In this document: piece after piece, positions 23,860 through 38,079 of the stretch
Numbering within the stretch: position 1 is the first letter of the stretch
How the letters are laid out: each line of letters begins with the position of its first letter
NCBI GenBank assembly: GCA_016748015.1
Contig: JAAOMT010000531.1
Span: 124,001-188,000, forward strand
DNA length: 64,000 nt
Direction: 5' to 3'
From: Geosiphon pyriformis uo1
Lineage: Eukaryota > Fungi > Glomeromycota
Position numbers and translations under genes: made by a program
The notes under the pieces: generated by a model
Databases searched by the model: none
Told to the model about the DNA's origin: nothing
The model's input: the letters and a program-made list of their open reading frames with translations, nothing else

Positions 23860-25617
23860 AATATCTGGAAGGTTAAATTAGTGATTTGACCAGAATCCAT
23901 TTGACATTGTAGAGAGTATTATGTCTTAAAGGGAACTTATTCAATATTTTTTGCTTTTGAACCTATAAATCCAAGGGCAATGATTGGCATCTTTATTTCT
24001 TGACCATTCAAGTTTTAAATGTATTTTTGTAAATTGAAATAACAGCATAAAATTTATTTATAATAAAAGATATTGGTTAAAATAAATATTGAATTTTTAT
24101 CAATTTTTATTTTTTTATTGTTTTAGTGAATGTCTGCTATTTTAAAATGTAGAAACCTAACAACTTCAAGTATCTGCTTGTTATATGTGACTAACCACTT
24201 GCGCCAGTTCGAATTAGGGCTATTTTTTTATGCTTTATATGATATTAATAAAATATACTGTTTACAAAAAAATATGTAATTATAGAAAATTTTTAATTAA
24301 ACATCTGTTGACTTTTGATTTTATAAAAAAAAATAACCACGACTATTTTTTTAAAAGCTAGATGAAAAATATTTCAATATTTAAACAATTATAATATTTA
24401 AATAAAAAATTTCCAAACTAATTAATATAAATGACAAAATTAAAAATAATATATATTATAGTAGTATTTTTATAAATATATGCTTTTAAAACCAATTATA
24501 TTTATGTAATTAAAAAAAGTGTGTATTTAAAAAATAGCCAATAATAAAATAAATATCGTGTTACAATAAATATAAATTGAGTATTTTTTACATATAATTA
24601 ATTATTAAGTTAATTAAAATAATCTAACTAGATTTATTATTATATTATTTAACAAATAATTAAAAATTTTTAATTGTTATTATTATATAATTATTATGTA
24701 TATGTATTTATAAAAGTATCTAATATATTAAAACTTAAAATTATTTATATATACAAAATATAAAAGATATATTACTTAATTTTAAACTTAAATTTTACAA
24801 TTGTATTTGCAAAATTGTTAAAATAATGTTTATTAAAGTATTAGTAAAGCTTTTTAAAGAAATTTTGTTGAATTTAAATTTTTTTTAATAAATATTTAAT
24901 GTATTTATGAAAATAAAAAGTAAAATAGATTTAATTATAAAATAATTCTAAGTTTTTTTAAAAATAGTTATTTAATATTTAGAAAAATAAAAAATAATTC
25001 ATTCTAATATATTTTAATTTTGTTATTATAATAATAAATTATTAATAATACTTTAGAAAAAACACTAAATATTATAAATAGCTATTTGAATAAAATATTA
25101 TAATATTTAATATTTAATATAATATTAGCCTTTAAAAATTTACATTATGTAAAAATTTCTTAGTTTAAATATATGTTTTTATTTATAATTGTTTTTTATA
25201 ATAAAAAAATTAGAATGTTTTAATAATAATATAATTAATATTATTATAATAATTAATTAAAATAATATTTAGTTTACTTTGTATTATTTAATTATAATTA
25301 GTAAAATTTTGTATTTGTTTTTTGTTTTTTTAATAAATTAATAAATTTGCTAAAAAATTAAATTTTATAATATATTTTTATTTTTTATTAAATTATTATA
25401 GTATTAAATTACTTTAGTATAATAATTAAATTACTTATTACAATATTAAATTATTTTGTACTTTTTTTGGCTTTTTTAAATTAATAATAATTTCTAAAAA
25501 AAATTAAAAAATCAAAATTTTATTAATTATTATAATTAAAAACAATTGGTTTAAGTTATTAAAATATAGTTATATTAATTATATCTTATATTAAAAAAAT
25601 TATTTACAAAAACATTA

Positions 25618-28600
25618 TTTTTTTTTTATATTATCATTTAATGAATGAGATCCAAATACTATTTAGCACAATATATCAAACTAAGTAATCTAAATTAGGT
25701 ACAAATCATGCACTTTTTACATATAACCAGTTATTTAGACCAATTAAAACAATATTATAGAACTATTTTAACAGACATTACACTATCAGTACCAGAAAAA
25801 AAACTGCAAAATTTGCAAAAACCAAAACTAAGACCATATATCTCGACAATACTAAGTAACTTAACAATTTTATTAAAAAGCAAAAAAGAAAATTTATGAG
25901 TCTTTAAATATACTAAACCATTACACATAATTAAACTTTTTGATTCTATAAATGCTCTGTATTTAGCTCTAATCATTTACACTTTTTTATAATAAGTTTT
26001 TTCCAAATCTCTTATCAATTCAATAATCTTTTTGCCAGCAATTTTGGTGCAATCAAAAACAAACAAAGTCTCCAAAAACCAATTTTTAAAAACAAAACTC
26101 TTATACAAAGCTGTATATACTTTAAAGTCAGAAACACAAATAGAAAGCATCTATATAATATAAGATAATAATAGGCATGTCTCTAATGTGAAAATCTACT
26201 AAACCATATATGAATTAAACAATGTTTTACAAACAGCAAAGTCTATTACACACATAAATAAATGGTTAAGAAGTTCTATTTTCTCATAATAAAGACACAA
26301 CATATTGAAATAAGTTCTATTATATAAGTGTTTTCTTATAGCAATTGGCAAACAATAATACAAAGCTTTTATAAAATATGAGTGTAAATCAACAATAGAT
26401 TTATTCATAAAACCAAATGCCATATATAAGTCAAGATGCCAAACCAATGAAGTTCGATCCCAATCTACATTATTAATCATATTAGTATTAATTATATTGG
26501 ATCCAGACCCAACCTTCCAATAAGCCTAATGGACAGCTCTAAAAATATTATAAGTAAAATAATAAATATTTCCTAATACTACCACCCTACTAGTCTTAAT
26601 ATAACTTTTCTTAACAAGAACAGAGATTGTAAAATTTGAATACAAAGCCAAGCAAGCCAGCTTATTAGTACACTTATTACTTAGAACCCCTGAATAATCT
26701 TTAACTTTAAACCAAGATACATCAAACTTTCTACTTCTAATAAAGTTTACTACATCATGTCTTTCTATCTAACACCAATTGTGAAAATCTAGTAGAACCA
26801 ATTTTAATTCAGCAACACAAGCATCTAAAACAGTCTGACTGTTTGAATATACAATTACACTACTATTAATTGGAACATATTTCAAAGCTAAGACAATAGT
26901 CTGTAATTCAGTCATAATGAAAGAAACCAAACCACCAATCTTGACACTAATATTCAGATTTAAGTCAACAAAAAACACAATTGTACTATATCTCATCTTA
27001 CTTATACTCAAGTTTTTTAGCAATCTATTTGTATAACATTAATAACATCCAAATTAGCATTAAAAAGACATTGCTGCATCTTAAAAAAACCACTAGAACC
27101 AAAAACACTTGAAAGTTGAAAGTTAATAATAATAAATTATACATAAAAATAACAAGAAAAGTTGACCAAAAACTCATATGCCAATTTGAACTATATAAGA
27201 ACTAAGCCTTTAAGATTGAGTTTCTTTCAATAACAAAAACTCTTCTAGTCAAAAACTAATCTCTTTTTATCATATAATTGTTTAACAAAAGCAATACCAA
27301 ATCTCTTAAACAATCTGAAAACATTATAGAACACTGAATCTTTTAAAATAGTAGACATCAGAGTGTTCTCTAAGAATTGAAATACAAAAAGAGAATATTG
27401 TCAAGAGACATATCACAATTTAAGAAAATTTTTACTATGCCAGCCAAAAAGTTGTTGATTGGGCTAATTCTTAATTTAACAAAGATCTGTAAAAAGTGTA
27501 TTAAAGATCAACTTAAAACTTGTAAATCTAGAAATCTATGGTTAAACAACTGACTAAGAACACTATTAGCATTTAAAAAATACAGAACTAATGCCAATTT
27601 ACTCTTTGTCTGCACTATACAAAGATGGATAATAAAAAGCTTTATTGGGAAAGTTTCTAAATAATTTGGTCTTTATCTTTAAATCTCTTCTAATCAATAT
27701 ATCTTATTTATTATACACACTCTTAAAAAATAAAACTGAACTGAATTCTATAACTAAGACCAAATAAAGAAACTGTTTATCCAAAATAGTTTTTTTCAAA
27801 ACTTTGTTAGAAAAAAACCTGACATCTGAGTAAGTCTTTATTAAAATAGATTTGAATAAGCACTTAGAAAACAAAAAAATACCAAGATAACAATAAAACT
27901 TCTCTTTTTGTGCAATAGAAATTGGCAACCCACTTATTAATAATAAAGCATTTTGAACTCTTTGGTTAATAGGAATGGCAACAGTTTTTTTATTATTAAT
28001 CAAAATGTTATTAACTTTAAAAAAGTTATTAGCAATGTTTAAAATATATTGAGTGGCTGTCTGACTACTTTCAACCCAAATTATGTTATCAAAAAAGTAC
28101 CAGCTGCTAGAAATAAGATTAGTCTACTCTGATTCTTTAATCTGCCAGTTTTAATAACAAATTTAATATTAATCTGGTAATTACACAAACTCTCTTGCCT
28201 TTTGACTTTACACAAAAAAAAGTCATAAAAAATTCTTTAGGGCAAAAGAAAAAAACCTTACTCTGGTCCAATCTATTATGCATTCAGTACTTATTAGTCA
28301 AATCATAATTAGTCATAATCTAATTGACTCTATTATTGTGAATATCTCCAAAGAATTTTATAAATTACTTATACATCTTAACCTAAATCAAACTATTTTT
28401 CAAATAATGCCAATTTACAGAGTTATAAGTTTTTTTTATACCTTGTAAGACTAATTACAGTTTACAATCTTTTTTCAAAGCATCTTTAACTACTAAGCCA
28501 ATAGCAAATATAAAAAACAGGATAATAGTGTCTTTTAACATAGAAAAATTGTCTTTATAAAAAATATCAAACTTACTATAGACCAAAGAAATCCTATCAG

Positions 28601-28823
28601 AAAATATCTTGGAAAGAATTTTATAAGCAGTTTTAATTAACACAATTGGTTTAGTATTGGTCAAAATGTTCTTTTACTCATATGGTTTAAGAATTATTAA
28701 CACCCAAGCTTCCTTTTAAGATTGAGGTACAGATTCATGCACCAAATAAAGATTCAAAAGTTTCAGAAGCATACTGATTATAGAATTGTTACAATCTTTC
28801 TATAACTTATTTGTAATACTTGA
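25618..28823 (-). mobile_element. LINE-2nd copy, 3' part of ORF2 (RT, RNase H, Cys motif), 3' UTR and A-tail
   Basis: TNTKPIVLI (RT), ELQTI..LAL and VYSNSQ (RNase H), C-terminal GFCKFCSFFSG. T-run at 25618-25627. Confidence 0.8.
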
Positions 28824-29640
28824 TATTACAGATGATTATTTCTGGTGTTGGATTAGATAACAAATCTATAACTTGGTGCTCAAATCTAGTTGCAGTTGAT
28901 AGTAATCTGAAGGTTTGTGTCTAACAGGTTTGTATCTGAAGGATTTGGTTGAGTTCTTTGTATAATGGACAGAGATTCAATGATAATAGTTTTTATCTGT
29001 AGCTTCTCAAAACCGCAGTTTTGTCAATTTCTTTCTTAGCTTAATGACCAGTATTTCTCTTGGTAAGCTATTCTTAATTGAGTGTTCTACTCTTATTTCT
29101 GGGTCTTTTACCAGTCACGTTTATCCTAATATTAGTACCCCGTGCATTAATCCTCAATAGAGTTAGTAAACAACAATAAAATCAAAGCAAGAAATAAAGA
29201 AAAGAAAAAAAATTTAAAGAAAGAAAAGAAATAAGCCAAGATGATTTGTGAATTAGTATTCTATTAATAGCCATAATCAAGAGCTATTGTTTTAGTGTGG
29301 TTAAGTATCAATTACTATCAAAATGAAGTGTTGATAGTGGCAGCAGATTTGAGATAACAAACAGTTATTTATTTGTGGTTTGGAAGGTTGTCTAGATGAA
29401 ATCTAAACTAAGAGATCTTTTTTTTAGCTTCTAATTCTACTGCTATATATACATAATTAAGATTTCTCAATTTCTCAATTCTTCACAACAGGAATCCTGC
29501 AATTTCTTTGAGAGGAATCCTGGAATTCTGGAATCCTGCAATTTCTGAAAAGAATCCTGGAATTCCACATTTTATTATGTTTACTTCTGATTGATTAATA
29601 ACTATGCTAATATATATTCCCTATATTTCTATGAGTAATA
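28824..29640 (-). repeat. 3' LTR of C (817 bp)
   Basis: Direct repeat of 38080-38952. Confidence 0.93.
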
Positions 29641-29655
29641 TTATTCCCTCCTTTT
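29641..29655 (-). promoter_or_regulatory. Polypurine tract of C
   Basis: AAAAGGAGGGAATAA directly before the 3' LTR on the minus strand. Confidence 0.85.
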
Positions 29656-30283
29656 AATATTGAGCTCCGTTGAAATTTAACTCTGTTAATTCTCCTTCTT
29701 GAAGTATTTCTTGAATTTTATTTTCGAGAATTACTTGTGTTATTTGAGTCTGTAATTCTTCAAATTGAGTGTTGGTGATTTTTTCTAATTGATTACTGGT
29801 AACTGTATCCATTGCTTTGTTGAGTAAGATTTCTGGTCGATCTTGAAATGCTGTGTGTATTCGGTATATGGCTTGGGCCTGTGTGGATAAGTTGTTCTTT
29901 TCCACAAAATGTTCTAATTGTTGTAATATTCTTGTGTCAAATAATCACTTTGTTTTATTTGTATATAGATTTTGGATATTCACATATTGTCCCAAGTAAA
30001 AATAACAATAGTTTCTTGGAAATTGTTGTATCCACTAATTCCAAGTTTCTTTAGTCAACTCTTGATATAGTGACTCTTTTGTCGACTCTTTTATTGCTAA
30101 TTTTACTTTTGCAATAATTTTGTCAACAGTATTTTCTGTTTTCTTCTATGTTCTATGTGGTGATGTCTTTCTAGTGTCTTGATATTGGATGGTTTGTTGA
30201 TTAATTGTAATTTCCATCTCTTGGTGTTGAATCAATTAAAAGAGTTGTTGTGCTAATGAATAGATATTGTCTGTAATTTCCAT
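29654..30283 (-). pseudogene. ORF-X of C (~210 aa)
   Basis: MEITDNIYSLAQQLF...YFYLGQ...QAIYRIHTAF...ELNFNGAQY*, aligning by eye to D ORF-X. Confidence 0.78.
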
Positions 30284-30337
30284 TTTTCTGATATTTCTTG
30301 TCGCGTCTACTGTGTTTTTATATATTCTTTTAATGAA

Positions 30338-31720
30338 TTAATTTAATGTGTTGTTGTCAATGATGATGATTGGTTCCAGATTTCATGGAATTTCTTTTGG
30401 TTGGACTAATATCTTCTGTATTTTTAATTGTGGAATATTATTAGTGGATGGTGGTGTGATGTTGTGATATGGTTTCAGTCGATCTCCATATGCTGCTTTG
30501 GTTAAGATTTTGTTATCCAGTCTTAATTTGTAAGCTCCATTCTCTAGAATTTCTTCTATGTGAAATAGTCCATCCTATTTGGAGTTGAATTTTCCACTCC
30601 ATTGTTTTTTCACTTTGATATGATGTAAGAGTACTTTGTCTCCAATCTTGAATTCAACTGGTTTGTCTGGTAGTTGATTATTATGTCTTTCTTTCTGTTT
30701 CTTTTGTGACTTTTGTATGTTATCAGCTGCTTTTCTTCATTTGTTTTCCAATGTTTTTATTAAGTCATATGTTCTTCTTAACAATGTTTCTTAGAAATTC
30801 TCTTCTGTTATTGGTTCAGTTGGATATGTATTAATCTTTATCTCAACTGGTAATGTTGCTGTTCTACTGTATATCAATTCAAATGGTGTTGCTTGTGTGG
30901 TGTCTTGCTTCATTGTCTAATAAGCAAATAATACTAATGGTATAAACAAATCCCATTCATTCTGGTTTTTTTGGCTGAGTTTTGCTATTGCTTCACACAA
31001 TGTTCTATTAAATCTTTCAATTAATCCATTGGTTTGTGGATGGTATGGTGATAATAGTGGTTTCTTAATTCTGAATCTTTGGCTTAGTTCTGCTAATGTT
31101 CTATTCACAAAATGGGTTTCTTGGTCTGATAATAGTTCTTTTGGACATTCATGTCGACAAATCAGATCTTGATGGACAAATTTGACAACAAATTTTGCAT
31201 CCACTCTTTGAATTGCTTTGGCTTTTGGCCATTTAGTAAGATAGTCCATGACTACTGCAATATATTTGTTGCCTCTGCTGATAATTGTTAATGGTCTAAC
31301 TAAATCGATTCTAATACAGTCAAATAGTTGTCCCACTTTGATTGGTCTCAATAGTTTGCTGGGTCTTGTTCCCTCTCTTCTTTGACAAGCATCACAATTT
31401 TGCACATATTGGATAATGTTTGGATACATTGATGGCCAATAGTATCTCTTTCTGGTTCTTTCCATGGTTGCTTCTTTATGAAAATGTTCTGCAGTTGGAT
31501 CTGAGTGCATGTTGAACAGTATTGTCTCCTTTTCTGATTCTGTAATTACTCTGGTTGGTTGATCTGCATCTTTTCTATTTTTCCAATAAAATATATTTTG
31601 GTGAGTGATAAAATATTTGGATTGTTGTTTGATTCTCTTTTGTTCCAGTTGAGATAATTTCTTCTTGAACTGTTGAGTATCTATATAATGTTGAAGTTGT
31701 TGATATTTTTGTGTGTTCAT
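30338..31720 (-). pseudogene. Stand-alone integrase ORF of C
   Basis: MNTQKYQQL..., MHSDPTAEH..CDAC, IDLV / SDQ / GLIERFNRT. Confidence 0.9.
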
Positions 31721-31787
31721 CTTTTGTTATATTTTCATGAGTATTGTTTTGGTTTTGTTATATTTTTGGGTTGAAATGTTCTTAGAT

Positions 31788-34700
31788 TTATCTTATTCAC
31801 GACAAACCATCAGCATTTCTGTTGTTTTTTCCCTTTTTATAATGTATGATATAAGTATATGTCGAAAGAGCCATTTTCTATCTTGACTGTCTTCCATCTC
31901 CAAATTCTTGTTTTTGGAGTGATGTCAATTCTTTGTGATCTGTGTACACCTCAAACTTTTGGCTCAAGTATTCTTTCTATTTTATAACTGCTCAATAGAT
32001 TGCTAAATGTTCTAATTCTGGTGTTTCATAGTTCTTTTTGGCTGGAGTCAAACCTTGGCTGGCATATGTGACTGGATGTTCTTTTCCATCCAATTCTCTC
32101 TGAGATAGTACTGCTCCCAATGCTTGACCTAATGCATCAGTGGTGATAATGAATGGTTTACTATGATCTGAATAGATCAATACTGAAGCTTGAATAAGCT
32201 TTCTTTTTAAGATGTTAAATGCTTCTTGCTGGGTTTTAGTCCATTCATACTTTGCATTTTTGGTTTGAAGATTATTGAGTGGTTGTGCTATCTTTGAAAA
32301 GTTCTTTATAAAGCATCTATAATAGTTTGCAAATCCCAAGAATGATTTCAGCTCAGTTACGTTGGTTGGTATTGGAAAGTTCTTTACTATCTTTATTTTC
32401 TCTGAATCTGTTTTTACGCTATCTTTGCTAACTATGTGTTCCAAGAATTTTAGTTCTGTTTTGCCAAAAAAACATTTTGTTGTATTCAATTTTAATTCTG
32501 CTCATTGTAGTCTTTTGAACACTTATTGGAGATGACGTAAATGATCATTAAATGTTTTTGAGAACACATTGGTGTTATCCAAGTATACAATTACTGATTT
32601 CCACAATAAGCCAGTATACACGATTTCCATTAGCTGTTGGAATGTAGCTGGAGCATTGGTTAAGCCGAATGGCATAACTTCAAACTCAAAGTTTTCCTCT
32701 CTTGTGGTGAATGCCATTTTTCTTTGTCAACTGGATCTATGGCTACTTGTCAGTAACCACTATCCAAGTCTAACGTTGAAAACTATTTGTTTCCACCAAA
32801 AGCATTGAATAGTTCTTGTATCTGTGGAGTTGAATAGCTGTCTCCACAAGTTACACCATTGAATTTCCTGTAATCTACACAAAATCAGATTTTTCTATTT
32901 TTCTTACAAACGAGTACTACTGATAACAACCATGAGCTTATTAATAACTGAATTAATCTATTGTTAAGCATTCGGTTGATCTCTTGATAGATGATTTCAT
33001 GGCTGGCTGGTGGTACTCTATATGTTTGCTGTTTGATTGGCATTGCATCTCCAGTCTTGATCTGATGCTGGATAATATCAGTTCTGCCAAATTCGTTTTT
33101 ACTGGTGAAAATATCATTGAAATTATTGAATAACATCTTTAGTTGCATCTGTTAAAGTGGGTCTAGATTTTCTATGTTCATCTGTTTCAATTGTTCTGGC
33201 TGTAACAGATAACATTTGTTTTATCTGTAGATGGTTTGTAATGTAATGTCCACATATCCACAAAGCTATGAAAAATCTGGAATGCTGCTTGATGCTTGAT
33301 CTTCAATTTCCATGGTTAAATATCTGAGAGTGGTTCCTTCCAGTATCTCTACAACATTTTCAGTGTTGTTGTAGATGGGAATTTTGATATGGTTATGGCT
33401 CTTGGCTGGTATGTGTAGATTGATAAGTCCAATTTCTCCTAATTCACAAAGGGTTGCTTCTGCTTCAAAAATTTGTTCTTGCTTCTTCTTTCTTCTTTCT
33501 ATTGTTAACATGTATCAGCTATATGGTGGAATAGAAATTGTTTGACTGGTTGAGATAATTTCTCCTTGGCCAATAATTTTTTCCTTTACCATATTGACTG
33601 GTACATCTATTCTACCCGTTGATTCAAATCCCTGTATCCCTCTTGCTGTTATCCCTAATTCTTTCCTATTTCTCACTGAAACTAACTGAGCAATTTTTAC
33701 CAAAGGCAGGAATATTGCCTGTGCTATTCTTTCATTTGGCTCTATAATATAGGCCTTTTCTGAGTCATTTTGTAGCATAGAAATGATATTTCCTACATAT
33801 CCTGCATCAATTATTCCTTCTCTGAAGTTTATTCCCTTTTTTGCTAAACTACTCCTAAATGCTAATTGAACCATTGTTGTTGCTAGAATTTTCAGTACTA
33901 TTTTCAGATTGATGCAAATGTGTGAATAGGGTTCCAATTTGATGGCGTTCTTTCCTGAATATCTCAAATCAAATCCTGCATCAGTATCATGCACACATTC
34001 TGACATGATACTTTCATCATTATCACTGAACTATTTCAGTTCTTGCTCTTTGGTGAGGTCAGAAAGTGTGATATATTGTTCGTAATTTGAATCAAAGTTT
34101 GAATCTGAGTTGGAATCATTGTCATAGCCATTTTAAACGGAGCTGGAACCATTATTTTCATTATTGTCATTGTCAGAGTTTGAATCAGAGTTGGAACTCG
34201 ATTCTGATTCTGATGCACAGCTGTTGATTGGTTCTTCTTCTTCAGGGATTATGTAGATTATGCATGGTGGTAGATTGTAGATGAGGTCACAATTATCACA
34301 GAATTGGAAATCACATGGAATCAAACAGTGGTCACATAATTGGGTGTTGATTTCTTCTAAGCATTGCTTTTGCTCTTCTCTTATGAGTGTTAAATTCTGA
34401 TAGTATTCATGGAATTCTTTTGGGCTGTTTTTTAAGTCAATAAAGACATCCAAGTTGAGAACCAAAACAATGTCTGTTGGTTCTGGAGGGTTATTCTTGA
34501 TCTCCAGAATTTCACTGGGTGAAGTGCCTTCTACTTTGGCATTGGCCATTCACCAGATCTTGTCCTTGTCGTGTGGATAGCCATTTAGGTAGAATATAGC
34601 TCAGTGCCATACTGCTGTGATGGGCGTACCACAACTCATCCAGTTACTGATGAGGATCATGTATTGGCATGAAGTGTTGTACATTCCTCCTCGACCAAGA

Positions 34701-37700
34701 ATGTTGTTCCATATTTCTTTGTCAAGTAATTGTTCGCTGCAAGTAAGACATGGTTTGTTGTTCCACTTGCCTTGTATTTTTGGGTAGCCATATCATTCCC
34801 TATGGCAGAGCTTGCAATAGTAATGAGTTAGTGTTCAGTAGTCTTTGTCTGGCACTACCCAAGCTTCCATTGAAGACAGTTTTTTCCCACAGTCCTTGTA
34901 TTTGAGAGATATATATGGTGGCTTTTTTATTGATTCACGTGAGTATTTTCTTTTCCAGCCACTAGTTATTTCTTCTGCAGTGGTGGTTTCTTCAAGTATG
35001 TTTTCTTCTCTTCCTTTTCCTTTTTCTTTGTTCTTTTCTTCCCAATCTAGAATTGGTGGCATTTTGCTTTGGTTGTTGTTGGTCCAAGCATCGATGGTGG
35101 CTTCCCAGGTAGGTTTTTTTCTTTGTTTCTCCTTTCCGTTGTCATTGTTGTCCCAGGTGAGTATTGGCAGTAGTTTGTTGTGATTGACGTTAGTTCATAA
35201 GACTTGGTATGCTTCTCAGGTGGGTTTTACTTTTTCTTTTTCGAATTTGATAAGTGGTGTTGATGACATGGTGATGGGCTTGAAGTGGCCACACGTGGCT
35301 GGTACCCATGTGTGTTGACTGTTCTGGTTAAGCTGGAGCTTTTGGGTGTTCCAATCTAGAGTTGTGTTGGTTTTGAACAGCCAGTCGTTTCCAATGAGTG
35401 CTTGGTATTGAGTGGCTTTCATAATGAGTACTTTAATTGGTACTATGATGTTGTTGACTTCTATGGGAAAATCATCAATCTCTCCAATGGGTGGTTTGGT
35501 CACTCCATCAGCTGTAATAATCCTGGTGCTGGCAGCATGATCAACTTGACAACCTAATTGATCTATAAGTTGTCTTGTGATGATGCTGCCAGCTAATTCA
35601 CTATCTAGGATCAGTTTGATGGAGTAACCATCAACTTTTGCATTAGTGTACATTGCAGTGATGAGTTTCTTCTCAAGTGCTGCTCCACTGAACAAAGGTA
35701 GGTTGATAGTTTTCTCCAATTCGAAAGAAAAAATGGCTATGAGAAATTCATTTTCAGTGACCGTTGCTGGTGGAATATTGTTGGTGAGTGTTGTTTAGGG
35801 TGGATTGAATTCTGAGTTGTTGGTGGTGGCATCTTCTGGAGTAACCAAGAAACTTAAATAGTTCTGGGAATTCGGGTTTTGGGTGGAACCAGTACCTGAA
35901 TTCTACTGTCGAGAGCCTAATGATTGATAAGAGGAGCTGAGGATCAGTTAATAAACAACTATCGCCGATCTTCAGTTTTGAGTAATTTTAGGTCTTGGGT
36001 TTCCTGATGTCATTTGAGTGGATTTTTGGAGTGGTGTTTGAATTGGTTGTTGGAACTGATAAATTATTTGGAGCTGTGGCTGATAAATTACCAGTGGCTG
36101 CAGTTGATAAATTGGAGATTAATATACTGGTGGTTGATAGATTGGTTGCTGTGTCATTGGCAGGTAAGTGGTTTGATATTGGTCTTAATTTGGGTAGTGA
36201 TTCTGAGTCTGAAATCTGCGATTAGGGTTTCAATATTGATTTTCTGATCATGGATTGTTGCTATAAAATTGACAGTTAGCTCTAATGTGATCTTGTTTAC
36301 CACAGTTGTGGCAAATACGCGTTTCTGGCTGTCATGACTGATTGGGTAATGATGATGATGATGATGTTGATGGACATGGCTGATTTTGGAAATGATTCGT
36401 GTTTCCAGAATTATTGCATTGTTGTGGTGATTGATAGATTGCATGATTGTCAGCTAAGTATCCCTTTAGTTTTTGATTGATTGTATCACTGAATTGTTTC
36501 AGTTTGGAATCCAAGTCAGATAATCCATTCATTACTAAATTTACAGCTTGGGTGTGGTTGGCTTCTAGCTTGGCTGCTTCAAAATCTCTGGTGTAGGTAA
36601 TGGTGGTTGGGAGATCAACTGGATGCATTGGACATACTTACTGAAAGATGCTACTGTGCAATCTTCTAATAAACTGGTTCAAGATTTGTGGCGCTGTAAA
36701 GTAATCAGCTTGGATTGCCTGAATTTGGTGCAGATTTCTATGGAAGCATCCCAAGTAAGTAGTGACTGCTTCTATGTCTTCTTGTTTGATGGTAGTAAAT
36801 GTGTTAGTCAAGTGATTGATACTATTGTTATTACTAAAGTATTTTAAGAATTCTGTTTTGAACTCATTGAAGGTTTGTGGTTTGGCAGCTAGGCTTTGAT
36901 ACCACGAGTTGGTGGTATTTTTGAGAAAATAAGGGATTGCTTGAAGAGCTTTACTGTTATTTTATCCATTGACTACTATGGCTTTTTCAATGTCATTGAG
37001 CCATATTTGGGCATTATTTTCTTTACTGGTAAAATTGTCAAGTTTTGCGATTGGTGCATAGGCCATTGTATCTAAGTTGGGTTGTTGTGATGGTAGTTGA
37101 AGTGGCAGTTGTATGGGTTTGGCTATTGGATTAATCGGTGGTTGATCGATGACGATTATTGGAGGTAAGTTTTGTTGATTTATTAAATCGGGGTTTTGAT
37201 TATCCTGAGTTGGTGGTGTCTGAATGTTTGGAGTTTTGATTTCTGGATTTTCTGGGTTTAGATTTTGCTGGGTTTGAAGATTCAGGGTTTCAAATTCTGG
37301 GTTTTTAGCAATCGGGTTTTGGTAAGTGAATTTTTGATCTTCAGTTTCTTCTTCTTTCTCTTCTTCTGATTCTGTTACTTCTCATGGATCAGAAATTCCG
37401 AAATCTGGGGGAGGCAGTGGCGATTGGAGTCCTGATGGCATTGATGATTGTAAGTTAAATTCTTCAAAATACATGCTATATGGTCCTAATAACTCTGCTT
37501 TCCTTTGTTTACTTTGGAATGGGAATCATCCAAATGTTGATGTTATGTTTGATGTGGCCATGCCAGTAGATGTAATATTAATGGCACTTCCAGATGTATA
37601 GTGGTATGATAAATTAGTTGGGGACTCAACTCTTGTTTTTTTCCAAGTAGGTGGTTGTATTCTTTTGGGTGTTACTGCTGGTGTTTGCAGTTTTTCTTTG

Positions 37701-38020
37701 TCTTTGCTCACATAAGTAATGAGGTATCTTTGTTGTGTGTGGTGTTCAATTTCTTTGTTAATTTCCATGATGATAGAAGCAAAATTGTGATTTGTTGACA
37801 GGTTGGTATTTTAAATTAATTCACTATAAAAGGCTTCTCTTGCCAATTCAATATTTACTAGTGTTCTTAACAGATAGGCAATTTTTTTGTTGACGTAGAA
37901 ATTGAAAGCTGATTTCACTAATATGTGGTTGTAATTTAATCCCAAATGTTAACAGTAGTGTTGAAATAAGAATTTCACGAATCTTAGATGGTTTGCTCCT
38001 ATGTTTTCTGATTTTGCCAC
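31788..38020 (-). pseudogene. Fused Gag-PR-Cys-rich-dUTPase-RT-RNase H polyprotein of C
   Basis: ORF fragments from 37768 to 32885 share one frame. CHNCGKQDHIRANC knuckle, LILDS, YLD(N), TTDAL. Ends NADGLS(R)IR*. Confidence 0.9.
33610..34006 (-). pseudogene. dUTPase domain of C
   Basis: All five trimeric dUTPase motifs: AGFDL, RSS, GIIDAGYVG, RIAQ, RGIQGF(G)STG. Confidence 0.92.
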
Positions 38021-38060
38021 TTTTAGATTTGTGTTAGTGCTGGTTTTCTATAGGATTATA

Positions 38061-38077
38061 CTTCACAGAGAGCACCA
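38061..38077 (-). promoter_or_regulatory. Primer-binding site of C
   Basis: TGGTGCTCTCTGTGAAG 2 nt after the 5' LTR. Confidence 0.87.
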
Positions 38078-38079
38078 AA

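Noticed and set aside
35990-36010. Possible GGGAAAC slippery site in C
   Set aside because: Gag and protease are already in the same frame in C, so no shift is needed.
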